Part shown: one piece after another, positions 1 to 9,604 of the stretch
Layout of the letters: each line of letters starts with the position of its first letter
Numbering within the stretch: the stretch's first letter is position 1
Assembly: GCA_046050355.1 (NCBI GenBank)
Contig: JBJOPW010000005.1
Coordinates: 2,503-66,502, forward strand
Length of the DNA stretch: 64,000 nucleotides
Reading direction: 5' to 3'
Source: Candidatus Parcubacteria bacterium
Lineage (GTDB): Bacteria; Patescibacteriota; Minisyncoccia; Phycocordibacterales; UBA918
Position numbers and translations under genes: made by a program
Notes under the pieces: generated by a model
What the model saw: only the letters and a program-made list of their open reading frames with translations
What the model was told of the DNA's origin: nothing
Database searches by the model: none

Positions 1-844
1 CAATCAATAACTGATTCTGAGTGATGCTTGATAGCCCCGTCCCTCCTCTTGTGGCGCCGAGGATACCAACGGTGTTGGCGAGGTCGAGGTTGAGGGTGGA
101 GGTGGCGACGGCAGAGACAAGGCCATTTGTCCCGAGCAGTAAGCCTGAAAGAGAACCAACTGATAGTGTCCCGGTAGCGGTCAAGTCCCCGCCAATGACC
201 GCGTTCCCCGCTACCGCAAAGCGACTCGAGGGTGTTGAAGTACCAACACCAACATTACCATTATTCAAAATGGTAAATACTTCAGTTACCCCACTAAAGA
301 AACTAGCAACTTTGCCCAATCCTTGTTGGATCACCGTCAGAATCGCTGACGACGAAGACGCTGACATTGTATCCGCATCATCTGAACGCAATAGTGATGA
401 AGACGCCACTCCCCCAACCGCATTGGCATCAAGTGCCTCTTTCGCCACAAAAGCAGCCGGGACCGCTCCTAAAATCTTGCGCGGGGTCATCTCACTATCT
501 GATTCAATAGTGACACCTAGGTACAATGTTTGATTAAAATCAACACCGGTCAAGGGCGAGGTCGAACCAAGCATGACCGAAAAGAGACCATCGATAACGG
601 TGACTTCATTGACACCCGATAGTGTCTCAGTCCAAATGGCACTACCACTCGTCGCTACGGTATAGAGTCTAAACGACATGGCATATGTCCCATCAACTAC
701 TGCTGACCCAGTCGCATCAAGTAATCTGCCTTGGTAATTTATTTGTTCATTAAATTGAGCTCGCGCTGGCATGGCCCACAAGAAAACCAGGGTAAGGATG
801 ACCCCGAAACAAATAAAGTATCGCTGATAATATAACTGCCTCAT
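1..844 (-). CDS. Secreted repetitive Gly/Ser/Thr/Val-rich protein, partial (C-terminus runs off the window start)
   Basis: ATG at 844-842. N-terminal signal peptide (MRQLYYQRYFICFGVILTLVFLWAMPARA). Manual reverse-complement translation stays open to position 1. Not in the ORF track because there is no stop in the window. Confidence 0.55.
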   Translation of the reverse strand, partial: MRQLYYQRYFICFGVILTLVFLWAMPARAQFNEQINYQGRLLDATGSAVVDGTYAMSFRLYTVATSGSAIWTETLSGVNEVTVIDGLFSVMLGSTSPLTGVDFNQTLYLGVTIESDSEMTPRKILGAVPAAFVAKEALDANAVGGVASSSLLRSDDADTMSASSSSAILTVIQQGLGKVASFFSGVTEVFTILNNGNVGVGTSTPSSRFAVAGNAVIGGDLTATGTLSVGSLSGLLLGTNGLVSAVATSTLNLDLANTVGILGATRGGTGLSSITQNQLLI

Positions 845-848
845 ACGA

Positions 849-1565
849 TTATGGTGATACATCACCCGATTGAGTGGGACTGACTGAATCAGTGCCAATG
901 CGAATGAAAGGCACTGCTGATGACGAAACGTTACTTTCTATGAGACCACTATTTGGACCAGTCTCGATGACCGACACTTCATCGGAGAAGAATGTTATTG
1001 GGTCCTCAGATACACCCTGAGGCAACAACAAAATTCCTACCGGATTCATCAATGATCGCTCTTCCGTAATCACCTCTCCCGTCTCGTACCAATGTGCTGT
1101 GTCTTGTTTCTCTTCAGGGAGTGTCATCAGGGAGGCGGTCTGTTGATCAATGACCAAGGACGCCAATACTGCCGGATCTCCGAGTGGTGCCAAGCGCGTC
1201 ACTAACAATCCCACAAACAGCCCGAGCAAAATAATCACTATAGATTTTTTTACCGCTTGTGTTGATCGCGTCTGTTGTCTCTCACGTTGTGCTTGCACAA
1301 AAGCTGACCACCATTCGTGGAGATCAAGCTCCTGCTTTCGTAACTCTCGCAAATAATCCCCCCGGGCCTGAATCTCAAGTTGTGCCTGTTCAAAAAAATT
1401 TTTTAATGATTCAGGATCAATGTACCACTGTCGATTTATTTGGGCGGCAGCCACTCGTCCATCACGAGCCAAACGAGCGACATACTCGCGCGAGTAAGGT
1501 ACGACTTTGGCGACATCCTTTAGTGGCAGGAGTCGACGTTTACCGATGTAAAAGTATTCAGACAT
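849..1565 (-). CDS. Membrane protein with an N-terminal excisionase/MerR-like HTH domain
   Basis: ORF track 238 aa. The N-terminus (VAKVVPYSREYVARLARDGRVAAAQINRQWYIDPESL) resembles HTH_17/excisionase-type DNA-binding domains. One central hydrophobic helix (IVIILLGLFVGLLVTRL). Confidence 0.55.
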   Translation of the reverse strand: MSEYFYIGKRRLLPLKDVAKVVPYSREYVARLARDGRVAAAQINRQWYIDPESLKNFFEQAQLEIQARGDYLRELRKQELDLHEWWSAFVQAQRERQQTRSTQAVKKSIVIILLGLFVGLLVTRLAPLGDPAVLASLVIDQQTASLMTLPEEKQDTAHWYETGEVITEERSLMNPVGILLLPQGVSEDPITFFSDEVSVIETGPNSGLIESNVSSSAVPFIRIGTDSVSPTQSGDVSP

Positions 1566-1631
1566 GAATTAAAATAGCTAATAATATTATAGCTATTGCA
1601 TGCCAGTTAACCGACAGTTACATGTTAATAA

Positions 1632-2510
1632 CTATGGCTGAAATAGGAGTTGATCAACGGTCTCAAAAATTTCCAAAATTACCGCTGAAGACACGCCCTG
1701 TGCCCGTATGGTCAAAAGAGTTGTAGCTGTAGCAATAAAGAAGAATAGAGCTAGACTGGCCAGAAGTGAACAAAGATACAAAAACCAAGGATTGATTACT
1801 CTTACTTCAGTCGAAACCGTGGTTGGACGGTAGACAATCGCTCGCGGATTAACCTTATGTAATTCTGCTGGCACAGACTTAATTGTTTGTGAAGCAGTCG
1901 GTTCGCTCAAAGCTGTCGCGGTCGGAGGAACAACTACAGACACCGGTACCGAAGGTGAATTATCCGGTTCTATGTCTTTCACTTTCAAAGAACCAGTTAA
2001 GGAAACACTAGGTATTTCAGTGAACTCAAGACTTTGCTTCGATTCCTTAGCGACCACTTTTATAGCCACCGCTTCAGCTGGTAGCACTGGTAGGACTTTG
2101 GGAATTTCTGGTTTGATCCGCTCGGCACGTTTAGTGGTCAGCGGGACTAAATCGGCTTCGTCAGCATAATACTTTGACTCGCGAGGTATGAGCCGCTCAG
2201 TAAAATGTGATTTGGGCGTAACCCTGGTAGTGGTCTTTAACAAACGTGGATAAACCGGGGTTGCCTCTTTACTAACAAATGAAATACTATTGCTTTTTAT
2301 AGTTTTCTCGTCTAGACGAGCTTCTTTATAACGAGCATCTTTGTGAGCCAAAAGAGAGGCTTCAGTGACATACCAAGACCGCCCAACAAACTGACAATCA
2401 ACTTTCTTCTGGCGACAGAGCTGGCCAATATAGTCGGTGGTATAACGAAATTCCTTGGCCAAAACGGTGGCTTTTTTGTAGAGCTTGCCATTGACGGTAA
2501 CTGAGTCCAT
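1632..2510 (-). CDS. Paralogous HTH-domain membrane protein (C-terminal TM anchor)
   Basis: ORF track 292 aa. The N-terminus (ATVLAKEFRYTTDYIGQLCRQKKVDCQFVGRSWYVTEASL) has the same HTH-like architecture as the 849-1565 product. C-terminal TM (LYLCSLLASLALFFFIATATTLL). Confidence 0.55.
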   Translation of the reverse strand: MDSVTVNGKLYKKATVLAKEFRYTTDYIGQLCRQKKVDCQFVGRSWYVTEASLLAHKDARYKEARLDEKTIKSNSISFVSKEATPVYPRLLKTTTRVTPKSHFTERLIPRESKYYADEADLVPLTTKRAERIKPEIPKVLPVLPAEAVAIKVVAKESKQSLEFTEIPSVSLTGSLKVKDIEPDNSPSVPVSVVVPPTATALSEPTASQTIKSVPAELHKVNPRAIVYRPTTVSTEVRVINPWFLYLCSLLASLALFFFIATATTLLTIRAQGVSSAVILEIFETVDQLLFQP

Positions 2511-2596
2511 ATCGTACTTCCATCAGTATACGCACAGAGCACACAAAAGGCCACAGGAATGTGGCCGAGATATGTTTATAACTATAGATTTCTCGT

Positions 2597-4009
2597 CTAC
2601 TGCCGGAGGGCGGCTTCGAGAGCTTCACGGACTGCCAGCGGGTCAGAAGCTCCCTTGGTCTGCTTCATTACTTGTCCAACGAGGAACTGCAGGACACTCA
2701 CTTTACCGGCTTGGTATTCTGCGACCACAGCTGTATGCTCCGCTATAATCGCTGCGATGATCCGCGCAAGATCTGCGCTATGGTTGGCAGCTAAAAGACC
2801 TCTCTCCTGTACTACCGCTACCAAGTCCTTATCAGCCATAGCAAACTCAATAAGGAGGTCTTTGGCGACTCGAGAGGTGATCTGCCGTGATGCCAGCAAG
2901 TGTATCATTCCGGCAAAATGTTCGGCAGATAGCTTTTCGGTTGCCAAGGTGGCATCACTCCAGAGCGGGACGAGGTCTGTGAGGAGATAATTTACAGCCA
3001 ATCCAACAGTGGCTGACACCTTGTCACCCATCACCGTAATGACAGTGGTGAGGTAACTATCAATGGCATAGTCTGCGATAATTGTTTCAATCTGTGAGTT
3101 CGTCAATCCGAGAAGACTATATTTTGAGCGTTTTTCCTCTGGTAGTTCTGGCATTATCTCGGCTAATGCTGTCTTCTGCAGGTCGTCTCTTTCGGTTAAT
3201 TCGTACTTTGGGATATCAGGATCTGGGAAGTAGCGGTAGTCCTTAGCCGTTTCTTTACTCCGCTGTACAAAGGTCTCACTTTTGTTTTCATCCCATCCAC
3301 GCGTCTCCTGACTAATCTCGCCTCCGGCTTCAAGTACTGCGATCTGGCGCTTGATTTCAAAGTTAATGGCATCCTCTACTGAACGGAATGAGTTTAAATT
3401 CTTGACTTCAACTTTAGTCCCAAACGTACTTGTCTGGCTGACCGAAATATTTGCCTCGACACGCATCTCCCCTTTCTCCATATTGGCATCACTAATGCCA
3501 ATAGTTCGCAATAAGAGTTGTAGTTCGCGAGCGAACTTACCGGCAGTTTCAGCATCATGAATGACTGGTTCGGTGACCAGTTCCATGAGGGGTACCCCGG
3601 CACGATTGTAATCAACGAGACTACCCTCCCCTTTGTCATGCTGACTACGAGCAGTGTCTTCTTCGAGGTGCACCCGAGTGAGCTCTACTCCAGCGAGCAC
3701 TCCCCCCTTCACAAAGGGAAAAGCGTACTGACTGAGTTGGTAGGCTTTTGGGATATCAGGGTAAAAATAATTTTTGCGATCAAATTCTGAGTAGGTAGCG
3801 AGGTTGCCATCAACTGCCACTCCAAACATGAGCACCGATTTTATCGCGGCCTCGTTTGGTACCGGGAGTGTGCCCGGATGCCCCATACAAACCGGACAGA
3901 TATTTGTGTTCGGTTGATCATGATGTGGGTTGTTAGCACACCCACAGAACATTTTACTTTTGGTTTTTAATTCGGCATGAACTTCAAGCCCAATTGTTGG
4001 CGTATACAT
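2597..4009 (-). CDS. gatB: Asp-tRNA(Asn)/Glu-tRNA(Gln) amidotransferase subunit B
   Basis: The 470-aa ORF begins MYTPTIGLEVHAELKTKSKMFCGC, and the GatB family is conserved along the full length. Confidence 0.93.
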   Translation of the reverse strand: MYTPTIGLEVHAELKTKSKMFCGCANNPHHDQPNTNICPVCMGHPGTLPVPNEAAIKSVLMFGVAVDGNLATYSEFDRKNYFYPDIPKAYQLSQYAFPFVKGGVLAGVELTRVHLEEDTARSQHDKGEGSLVDYNRAGVPLMELVTEPVIHDAETAGKFARELQLLLRTIGISDANMEKGEMRVEANISVSQTSTFGTKVEVKNLNSFRSVEDAINFEIKRQIAVLEAGGEISQETRGWDENKSETFVQRSKETAKDYRYFPDPDIPKYELTERDDLQKTALAEIMPELPEEKRSKYSLLGLTNSQIETIIADYAIDSYLTTVITVMGDKVSATVGLAVNYLLTDLVPLWSDATLATEKLSAEHFAGMIHLLASRQITSRVAKDLLIEFAMADKDLVAVVQERGLLAANHSADLARIIAAIIAEHTAVVAEYQAGKVSVLQFLVGQVMKQTKGASDPLAVREALEAALRQ

Positions 4010-4018
4010 GGGGGTATT

Positions 4019-4993
4019 TTACGTCGCTCGCAGGTACTCGACAAGGGTATCTTGGAGGTTTTTGACTCCTTCCCCACTTTCTGTAGAGATAATAAAGACA
4101 CGTTTCTTGGTCTTGTCAATAAACTCTTGTACTGCCTCTAATTGTTCTTTATTTGCAAGGTCTTTTTTGGTGAAAATAATCCATTCTTCCTTTTCTTCTA
4201 AGTCTTTACTGTATGAAGACAGCTCATTTCGAATGATATAATACTGCTCTATCGGGTCTGTATGCTCAAAGGAGACGAGGTGGAGGAGCATTTTGGTTTT
4301 GGTCACATGGCGAAGGAAGGTATGTCCTAGTCCCTTCCCGGTATGCGCCCCCTCAATGAGGCCAGGAATGTCAGCGAGCACATAGCCAAAAAGATCGCCG
4401 AGGTGGGGTACGAGGGTAGTGAAGGGGTATGCTCCAACCGTGCTCTTCGCGTTAGTGAAGGTATTGAGAAGCGTCGACTTACCGGCATTTGGCAAACCAA
4501 TTAACCCAACATCAACCACTAGGGTGAGTTCGATTTTAAGATCTCCAGACTCACCGGGCTTGCCCTTGGTATTTTCTTCGGGTGAGCGGTTGGTTGAGGA
4601 CTTGAAGTGCTCGTTACCCAAGCCCCCGCGACCACCTTTGAAGACCCGCTCTTTATGACCTTCGGTAAAAAACTCGTAGACTCGTTCGCGACTGACATCA
4701 GTGACAATAGAACCAACCGGAACTTTGATAATGAGATCTTCTCCGTGGCGTCCGGCTTTACTGCCGGTCTGTCCCGGTACGCCTGCGGCCGCACTAAAGC
4801 GTGGATTGCCGAGGTACTTTGAAAGCAGCCCAAGGTCACGTACGGCCTCAATATAGACATCCCCGCCGTCTCCGCCGTCTCCGCCTGATGGTCCGGCATT
4901 AGGGACAAACTTCTCGTGGCGCCAGCGTGTTACGCCGTCTCCTCCTGCTCCAGCCTCGGCATAGATAGTGATTTGATCTGTAAACATCTGCAT
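4019..4993 (-). CDS. obg: GTPase Obg/CgtA
   Basis: 324 aa. Gly-rich Obg fold N-domain (AGAGGDGVTRWRHEKFVPNAGPSGGDGGDGGDV) and G1 motif GLIGLPNAGKSTLLN. Confidence 0.93.
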   Translation of the reverse strand: MQMFTDQITIYAEAGAGGDGVTRWRHEKFVPNAGPSGGDGGDGGDVYIEAVRDLGLLSKYLGNPRFSAAAGVPGQTGSKAGRHGEDLIIKVPVGSIVTDVSRERVYEFFTEGHKERVFKGGRGGLGNEHFKSSTNRSPEENTKGKPGESGDLKIELTLVVDVGLIGLPNAGKSTLLNTFTNAKSTVGAYPFTTLVPHLGDLFGYVLADIPGLIEGAHTGKGLGHTFLRHVTKTKMLLHLVSFEHTDPIEQYYIIRNELSSYSKDLEEKEEWIIFTKKDLANKEQLEAVQEFIDKTKKRVFIISTESGEGVKNLQDTLVEYLRAT

Positions 4994-5110
4994 GTCATAC
5001 CATAAATACTTCTCTCCGTCAAAAGATAGATAGTCGTTTATACCCCTTTAAAGTTCAAAAAACGCAATAGTCGGCCTGGTCTCATCAAGAGAGTGGGTGG
5101 TAACCGAGAG

Positions 5111-5190
5111 ACGTGGACAAAGGCATTAGGGATGGCCTTTGCTCACGGAAATTCGCAATAGTCGGCGCAAGCGCCTCGTTTGCTCATTTC
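5111..5190. repeat. Copy A of an approximately 80-nt intergenic structured repeat (a partial extra core lies at 5062-5078)
   Basis: The sequence ACGTGGACAAAGGCATTAGGGATGGCCTTTGCTCACGGAAATTCGCAATAGTCGGCGCAAGCGCC is about 80% identical to copies at 32975-33036 and 33063-33145. The 7-bp stem CAAAGGC/GCCTTTG covaries between copies. Confidence 0.6.
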
Positions 5191-5199
5191 TTAGTCTGC

Positions 5200-5535
5200 C
5201 TATTTGGCTTTTCCGATAAATAAATTGACTAGACTGACCAGGAGTGTGCCGAGGGCCGCTGGGATAAATCCAGTCACGGTAAAGCCTGGTAATAACCAAG
5301 CCGCGACCATAAACAAGAGAACATTTATAACGAGGATAAATAGACCAAGAGTTAGGAGTGTAATGGGTAAGGTTAAAAACACCAATATCGGTTTAACAAA
5401 ACTATTAAGGACACCTAGAATGACAGCCGCAAACACAGCTGTTTGCCACGTATCAATTGAAAGACCGGGAACGATTTCGTTAGCAATGAGTAGGGCTACT
5501 GCACTGGTGGCAATATAGATAATGATGCGATACAT
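5200..5535 (-). CDS. DUF360 / phage-holin-4_2 (YvlD-like) family membrane protein
   Basis: 111 aa with four predicted TM helices. The sequence pattern (VPGLSIDTW...ILGVLNSFVKPILVFLTLPITLLTLGLFILVINVLL) is typical of YvlD/holin superfamily IV. Confidence 0.6.
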   Translation of the reverse strand: MYRIIIYIATSAVALLIANEIVPGLSIDTWQTAVFAAVILGVLNSFVKPILVFLTLPITLLTLGLFILVINVLLFMVAAWLLPGFTVTGFIPAALGTLLVSLVNLFIGKAK

Positions 5536-5598
5536 ACCCTCAGTATACCAAAAACAACCCTGTTTGTCGGGCTGTTCGTGGTAGTTTATGCATCAGTC

Positions 5599-8112
5599 CT
5601 ACTTTATGAGCATTTGCCAACCTTGTGCTAAAAGTGGCTCTGCCTTTTTATACTTCATCGTCTCCGTGGTAACCCCATCAGTAATAGTGACCATATCATT
5701 ACGACCTGGCAGTGCCGACACAACCCGAGGGGCAGCCTTTGCCACTTCCCCCTCACTCGCTTTAAGTGCTGCTTCGGCGGCTTTTTGGTGGCTCATTTCT
5801 TCTTTGGCAATTACGGCTGGCTGCATCATCGGCAGTACCTCAGCGATACGCTGCAGTATCGTTGCTTGCAGATCAGCAAAGGCGCCGGTCCCCTCTCGTC
5901 GATACTCAATCAGCGGATCACGCTGTCCGTACGCTCTTAAGTTCACACTGGCACGGATATGTCCCATCATCTCAAGATGATCAACCCATAAGGCATCAAT
6001 AATCTGGAGGCATAGTTGCGAAAACATAATGTTTGTTTGATCTGCCCCAAATTCTTCATCTTTCTGAATCAAGACTTGCTCGCTCGATGGCACTGTTGCT
6101 ATGACCTCAGCTTTAATAATGGCCAATTCCGCTTCATCACGATGGAGGAGCTTATGTCGGCGATTATAGATAGCAATACGCTGCAGGTTAAGCACATCGT
6201 CATACGCCAATACTTGTTTTCGTGAATCAAAGTGAAATCCCTCAATGCGGGTCTGGGCTGCCTCTAATTGGCGCGAAATAAGTTTCATCTCTATGGGTTG
6301 ATCTTCCGGAATACCAAAGGTACCCATAAGGTTTTTCACTCGCTCACCACCAAATACGCGCATAAGGGAATCTTCCATTGATACATAAAATTGGGTGGCC
6401 CCGGGGTCTCCCTGACGACCGGCTCGACCGCGGAGCTGATTATCAATCCGCCTCGCTTCATGGCGTTCAGTACCAAGCACAAAGAGACCACCGAGCGCCT
6501 TCACCGCTTCCATATCTGCGGGTGTCGCCTGTGGTCCACCAAGTTTTATATCAACACCTCGACCCGCCATATTAGTGGCGAGAGTAACCGCCCCCTTTAC
6601 TCCGGCAGCTGCTATAATTTCTCCTTCACGCTCATGATTTTTAGCATTAAGTACTTGATGGTTGACTCCAGCTTGGGTGAGCGCTTGAGATAAACGCTCA
6701 TTCACCTCAATTGAAGCCGTACCAATTAATATTGGCTGTCCCGTTGCATTAATTTCTTGTACGCGTTTAATGATGGCTTTAAATTTCCCTGCTTCATTTT
6801 GAAAGATAAGATCATTGTGATCAATACGCGCAATCGTTTTATGAGTTGGGACGGGTATGACTTCAAGTCGATAGACTGTATAAAACTCTTCTTGCGATGT
6901 CAGGGCTGTTCCAGTCATACCAGACAGCTTTTCGTACATGCGGAAATAGTTTTGGTAGGTAATCGAAGCGTAGGTACGCGACTCCCTTTGTATAGACACA
7001 CCTTCCTTGGCTTCAATTGCTTGATGAAGACCATCTGACCAACGCCGACCAGGTTGCATTCGGCCAGTAAACTCATCAACAATCACCACCTCACCGTCAC
7101 GAACAACATACTCTTTATCTCTCGTATAAAGTGATTTAGCTCGCACTGCTGTTTCGAGATGATGAACATATTTAATACCTTTGTCGGTGTAGATGTTATC
7201 AATGCCAAGCATTTTTTCGGCGGCTTCAATACCATCATTGGTAAGGGTGGCACTCCGCAGTTTCTCATCAACAGTATAGTGCTGATCTGCTTGTAGCCGC
7301 TCAGCAATGCCCGCAAACAGCGTATAGAGATTTTCCGAATCTTGCGCTGGTGCTGAAATAATCAATGGCGTTCGCGCTTCATCAATTAAGATTGAATCAA
7401 TCTCATCAATGATGGCATATTGGTGCCCACGTTGTCGTAAGCGATTGGTATCAAACTCAATATTATCCCGAAGGTAATCAAAACCAAATTCGCTATTGGT
7501 ACCATAGGTAATATCAGCGGCATAGGCTTCGTCACGAGTGCAAGGACGCAAAAATTCGTAAACAATTTTATATGATCCAACATCATCACGTTCTGCGTCT
7601 TTTTCTACATGAGAAGCATCATACACGTATGATCCCGTACTATTAATAATGCCGACTGAGAGTCCTAGGAGATCGTAGACTTGACCCATCCATGCCGCAT
7701 CACGACGAGCGAGGTAATCGTTTACCGTTACCACATGAACACCCCGATCATTAAGCGCATTAAGAAATGCCGGGAGCGTCCCGACGAGGGTTTTCCCTTC
7801 GCCGGTTCGCATTTCAGTAATTTTGCCGCGGTGCAACAGTATCCCGCCAATCAGTTGTACATCATAATGCCGCAAACCAAGTGTCCGTTTACTCGCTTCG
7901 CGTACCAGGGCAAAGGCGGTTGGTAGTGCGTCGTCAAGGGTGAGCAAGCCAGTAGAGATTTTTGTCTTCAGGTCTGCTGTTGCCAAACGCAATGCATCCA
8001 CCGACATATCAGCAAACGTGGCTTCCAAATTATTAATCTCCGCTACTACAGGAGCTACGGTTGTGAGTTCTTTTTGATAACTCGGGCCAAAAAATCTATC
8101 CAAAAATGACAT
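5599..8112 (-). CDS. secA: Preprotein translocase ATPase SecA
   Basis: 837 aa. SecA DEAD motor motifs and family-wide similarity (MSFLDRFFG...GKITEMRTGEGKTLV). Confidence 0.95.
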   Translation of the reverse strand: MSFLDRFFGPSYQKELTTVAPVVAEINNLEATFADMSVDALRLATADLKTKISTGLLTLDDALPTAFALVREASKRTLGLRHYDVQLIGGILLHRGKITEMRTGEGKTLVGTLPAFLNALNDRGVHVVTVNDYLARRDAAWMGQVYDLLGLSVGIINSTGSYVYDASHVEKDAERDDVGSYKIVYEFLRPCTRDEAYAADITYGTNSEFGFDYLRDNIEFDTNRLRQRGHQYAIIDEIDSILIDEARTPLIISAPAQDSENLYTLFAGIAERLQADQHYTVDEKLRSATLTNDGIEAAEKMLGIDNIYTDKGIKYVHHLETAVRAKSLYTRDKEYVVRDGEVVIVDEFTGRMQPGRRWSDGLHQAIEAKEGVSIQRESRTYASITYQNYFRMYEKLSGMTGTALTSQEEFYTVYRLEVIPVPTHKTIARIDHNDLIFQNEAGKFKAIIKRVQEINATGQPILIGTASIEVNERLSQALTQAGVNHQVLNAKNHEREGEIIAAAGVKGAVTLATNMAGRGVDIKLGGPQATPADMEAVKALGGLFVLGTERHEARRIDNQLRGRAGRQGDPGATQFYVSMEDSLMRVFGGERVKNLMGTFGIPEDQPIEMKLISRQLEAAQTRIEGFHFDSRKQVLAYDDVLNLQRIAIYNRRHKLLHRDEAELAIIKAEVIATVPSSEQVLIQKDEEFGADQTNIMFSQLCLQIIDALWVDHLEMMGHIRASVNLRAYGQRDPLIEYRREGTGAFADLQATILQRIAEVLPMMQPAVIAKEEMSHQKAAEAALKASEGEVAKAAPRVVSALPGRNDMVTITDGVTTETMKYKKAEPLLAQGWQMLIK

Positions 8113-8157
8113 AGTTTGCCAAGTATACCGTTTTTTACAATAAAAACAAAGACAACA

Positions 8158-8182
8158 TAAAACCGCCAGTGGCGGTTTTATG
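8158..8182 (-). terminator. Rho-independent terminator (palindrome AAAACCGCCAGTGGCGGTTTT) downstream of the small basic-protein gene
   Basis: A GC stem of 8 bp or more flanked by an A-run and a T-run. It lies just 3' of the stop at 8207-8209 on the minus strand. Confidence 0.5.
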
Positions 8183-8206
8183 CGATTAGTTCGACACGGA
8201 GGTGTC

Positions 8207-8362
8207 TTACTTCTTCTTGGCTACTTTTTTTGCGGCCTTCTTTGGGGCAGCCTTCTTAGCAACCTTCTTTACAGCTTTCTTGGCTACCTTCTTCTTTGCT
8301 GGAGCCTTCTTCACTGCTTTCTTGGCTACCTTCTTAGCGGCCTTCTTTTTTGCTACTGCCAT
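8207..8362 (-). CDS. Histone H1-like Lys/Ala-repeat basic protein (51 aa)
   Basis: Manual translation gives MAVAKKKAAKKVAKKAVKKAPAKKKVAKKAVKKVAKKAAPKKAAKKVAKKK. It is below the ORF-track length cut-off. The + strand ORF 8180-8371 is its antisense artefact. Confidence 0.55.
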   Translation of the reverse strand: MAVAKKKAAKKVAKKAVKKAPAKKKVAKKAVKKVAKKAAPKKAAKKVAKKK

Positions 8363-8558
8363 AGTATGTGATGAGAGTTAGTTGAATAAATTTCGACCGC
8401 ATGACTCTCTCGCAATAAAGAACGAACTGTTTGAGAGAATGTCTGCTTACATCTATTATCACGTGTATTTTTTTTTCACACAATTTCTTTTCAATCATTT
8501 GTGTGGATAAGAAAAAATTATAAAAAAATTTAATTAATCAAAATTTTTATCACTATCT

Positions 8559-9590
8559 TCAAGAAAGCAAAACTACTTCCCACTCAATTGAAATATGTGT
8601 GGCCAAAAAAACAGCCTCGGTAATTTTTTTTGCAAAATCTATGACCGCTTGTGCGTCCGTGTGCGGTACTACACAAAGTACTAATGCTTGGTGCTCATAC
8701 AGAGATACATTTCCCTCTTGATACCCTCTACGGTGACATATCTTATCGAGAACGAAACCAAGTGAAATTTTCTTTTTATCAATTGCATCAGTTTCATAAA
8801 TCGGCAAGTCAGCATATTGTTGTTTGAGCGATTCTGCTTCTTCCGCCGAAATAATTGGGTTTTTAAAAAACGAACCAGCCGTCCCTATCGCTCGCCAATC
8901 AGGAAATTTCTTACTTCGAATAGAAATAACAGCGTCACGAATTTCTTTTTGAGTCGGTGTCGTTGACCCAAAATAGTCAAGCAGATCCTTATACGTCAAA
9001 CGTGGGGTTGGGGTGGTCGATAGTGCAAAGGTGACAGACAGTACGATTGCCTGGCAACCAGGGATATGTTTGAAGATTGAATCACGATACGCAAACTGGC
9101 ACTGTTCACGCGACCACAGTTCAATACTATTAGTTCCCCGATTAAAAACGCGCACCGCCACAATCAGTTGACTCGCCTCAACCCCGTAAGCGCCGACGTT
9201 TTGCACCGGCACGGCGCCAATAGAACTTGGAATCGCTGAAAGATTTTCCATCCCCCACCAACCTTGTTCGATAGTATCAGCAATAACTGTATCCAAATCT
9301 TCACCAGCACCAACAGTGTATAAGATTGTGTCTCCTGATACCTTATCAATGGTCCTCGTGTTGGTTATAAGTACTCGCAGTACTACACCAGCATATTCCC
9401 CATCAGCCACCAACACATTTGAGCCAGCTCCCAGTATAAAGAGTGGCAGTTGTCGCTCATGAGCAAATTCTACCGCTGCCACCACTTCCTCTTCGGTATG
9501 GGCGTCAATCAAGTAGCGCGCTGTACCACCGACTTTAAGGGTTGTGTACGGCCTCAGTGAAATGTGCTCTCGTACAACTAAATCAGCCAT
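8559..9590 (-). CDS. murB: UDP-N-acetylenolpyruvoylglucosamine reductase
   Basis: 343 aa. FAD-binding MurB N-terminus (LKVGGTARYLIDAHTEEEVVAAVEFAHERQLPLFILGAGSNVLV). Confidence 0.9.
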   Translation of the reverse strand: MADLVVREHISLRPYTTLKVGGTARYLIDAHTEEEVVAAVEFAHERQLPLFILGAGSNVLVADGEYAGVVLRVLITNTRTIDKVSGDTILYTVGAGEDLDTVIADTIEQGWWGMENLSAIPSSIGAVPVQNVGAYGVEASQLIVAVRVFNRGTNSIELWSREQCQFAYRDSIFKHIPGCQAIVLSVTFALSTTPTPRLTYKDLLDYFGSTTPTQKEIRDAVISIRSKKFPDWRAIGTAGSFFKNPIISAEEAESLKQQYADLPIYETDAIDKKKISLGFVLDKICHRRGYQEGNVSLYEHQALVLCVVPHTDAQAVIDFAKKITEAVFLATHISIEWEVVLLS

Positions 9591-9604
9591 GACATAAAAG
9601 GTAA

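Noticed and set aside
21-533. 170-aa + strand ORF at the window start
   Set aside because: It is low-complexity. It lies entirely antisense to a minus-strand reading frame that stays open from 844 to position 1 and encodes a signal-peptide protein. It is an antisense artefact.
5204-5518. 104-aa + strand ORF overlapping the holin-like gene
   Set aside because: It lies opposite a well-supported four-TM membrane-protein ORF and has no motif of its own.
8180-8371. 63-aa Leu/Gly/Cys-rich + strand ORF
   Set aside because: It is the antisense frame of the KAAKK-repeat basic-protein gene. The repetitive codons create a spurious ORF.
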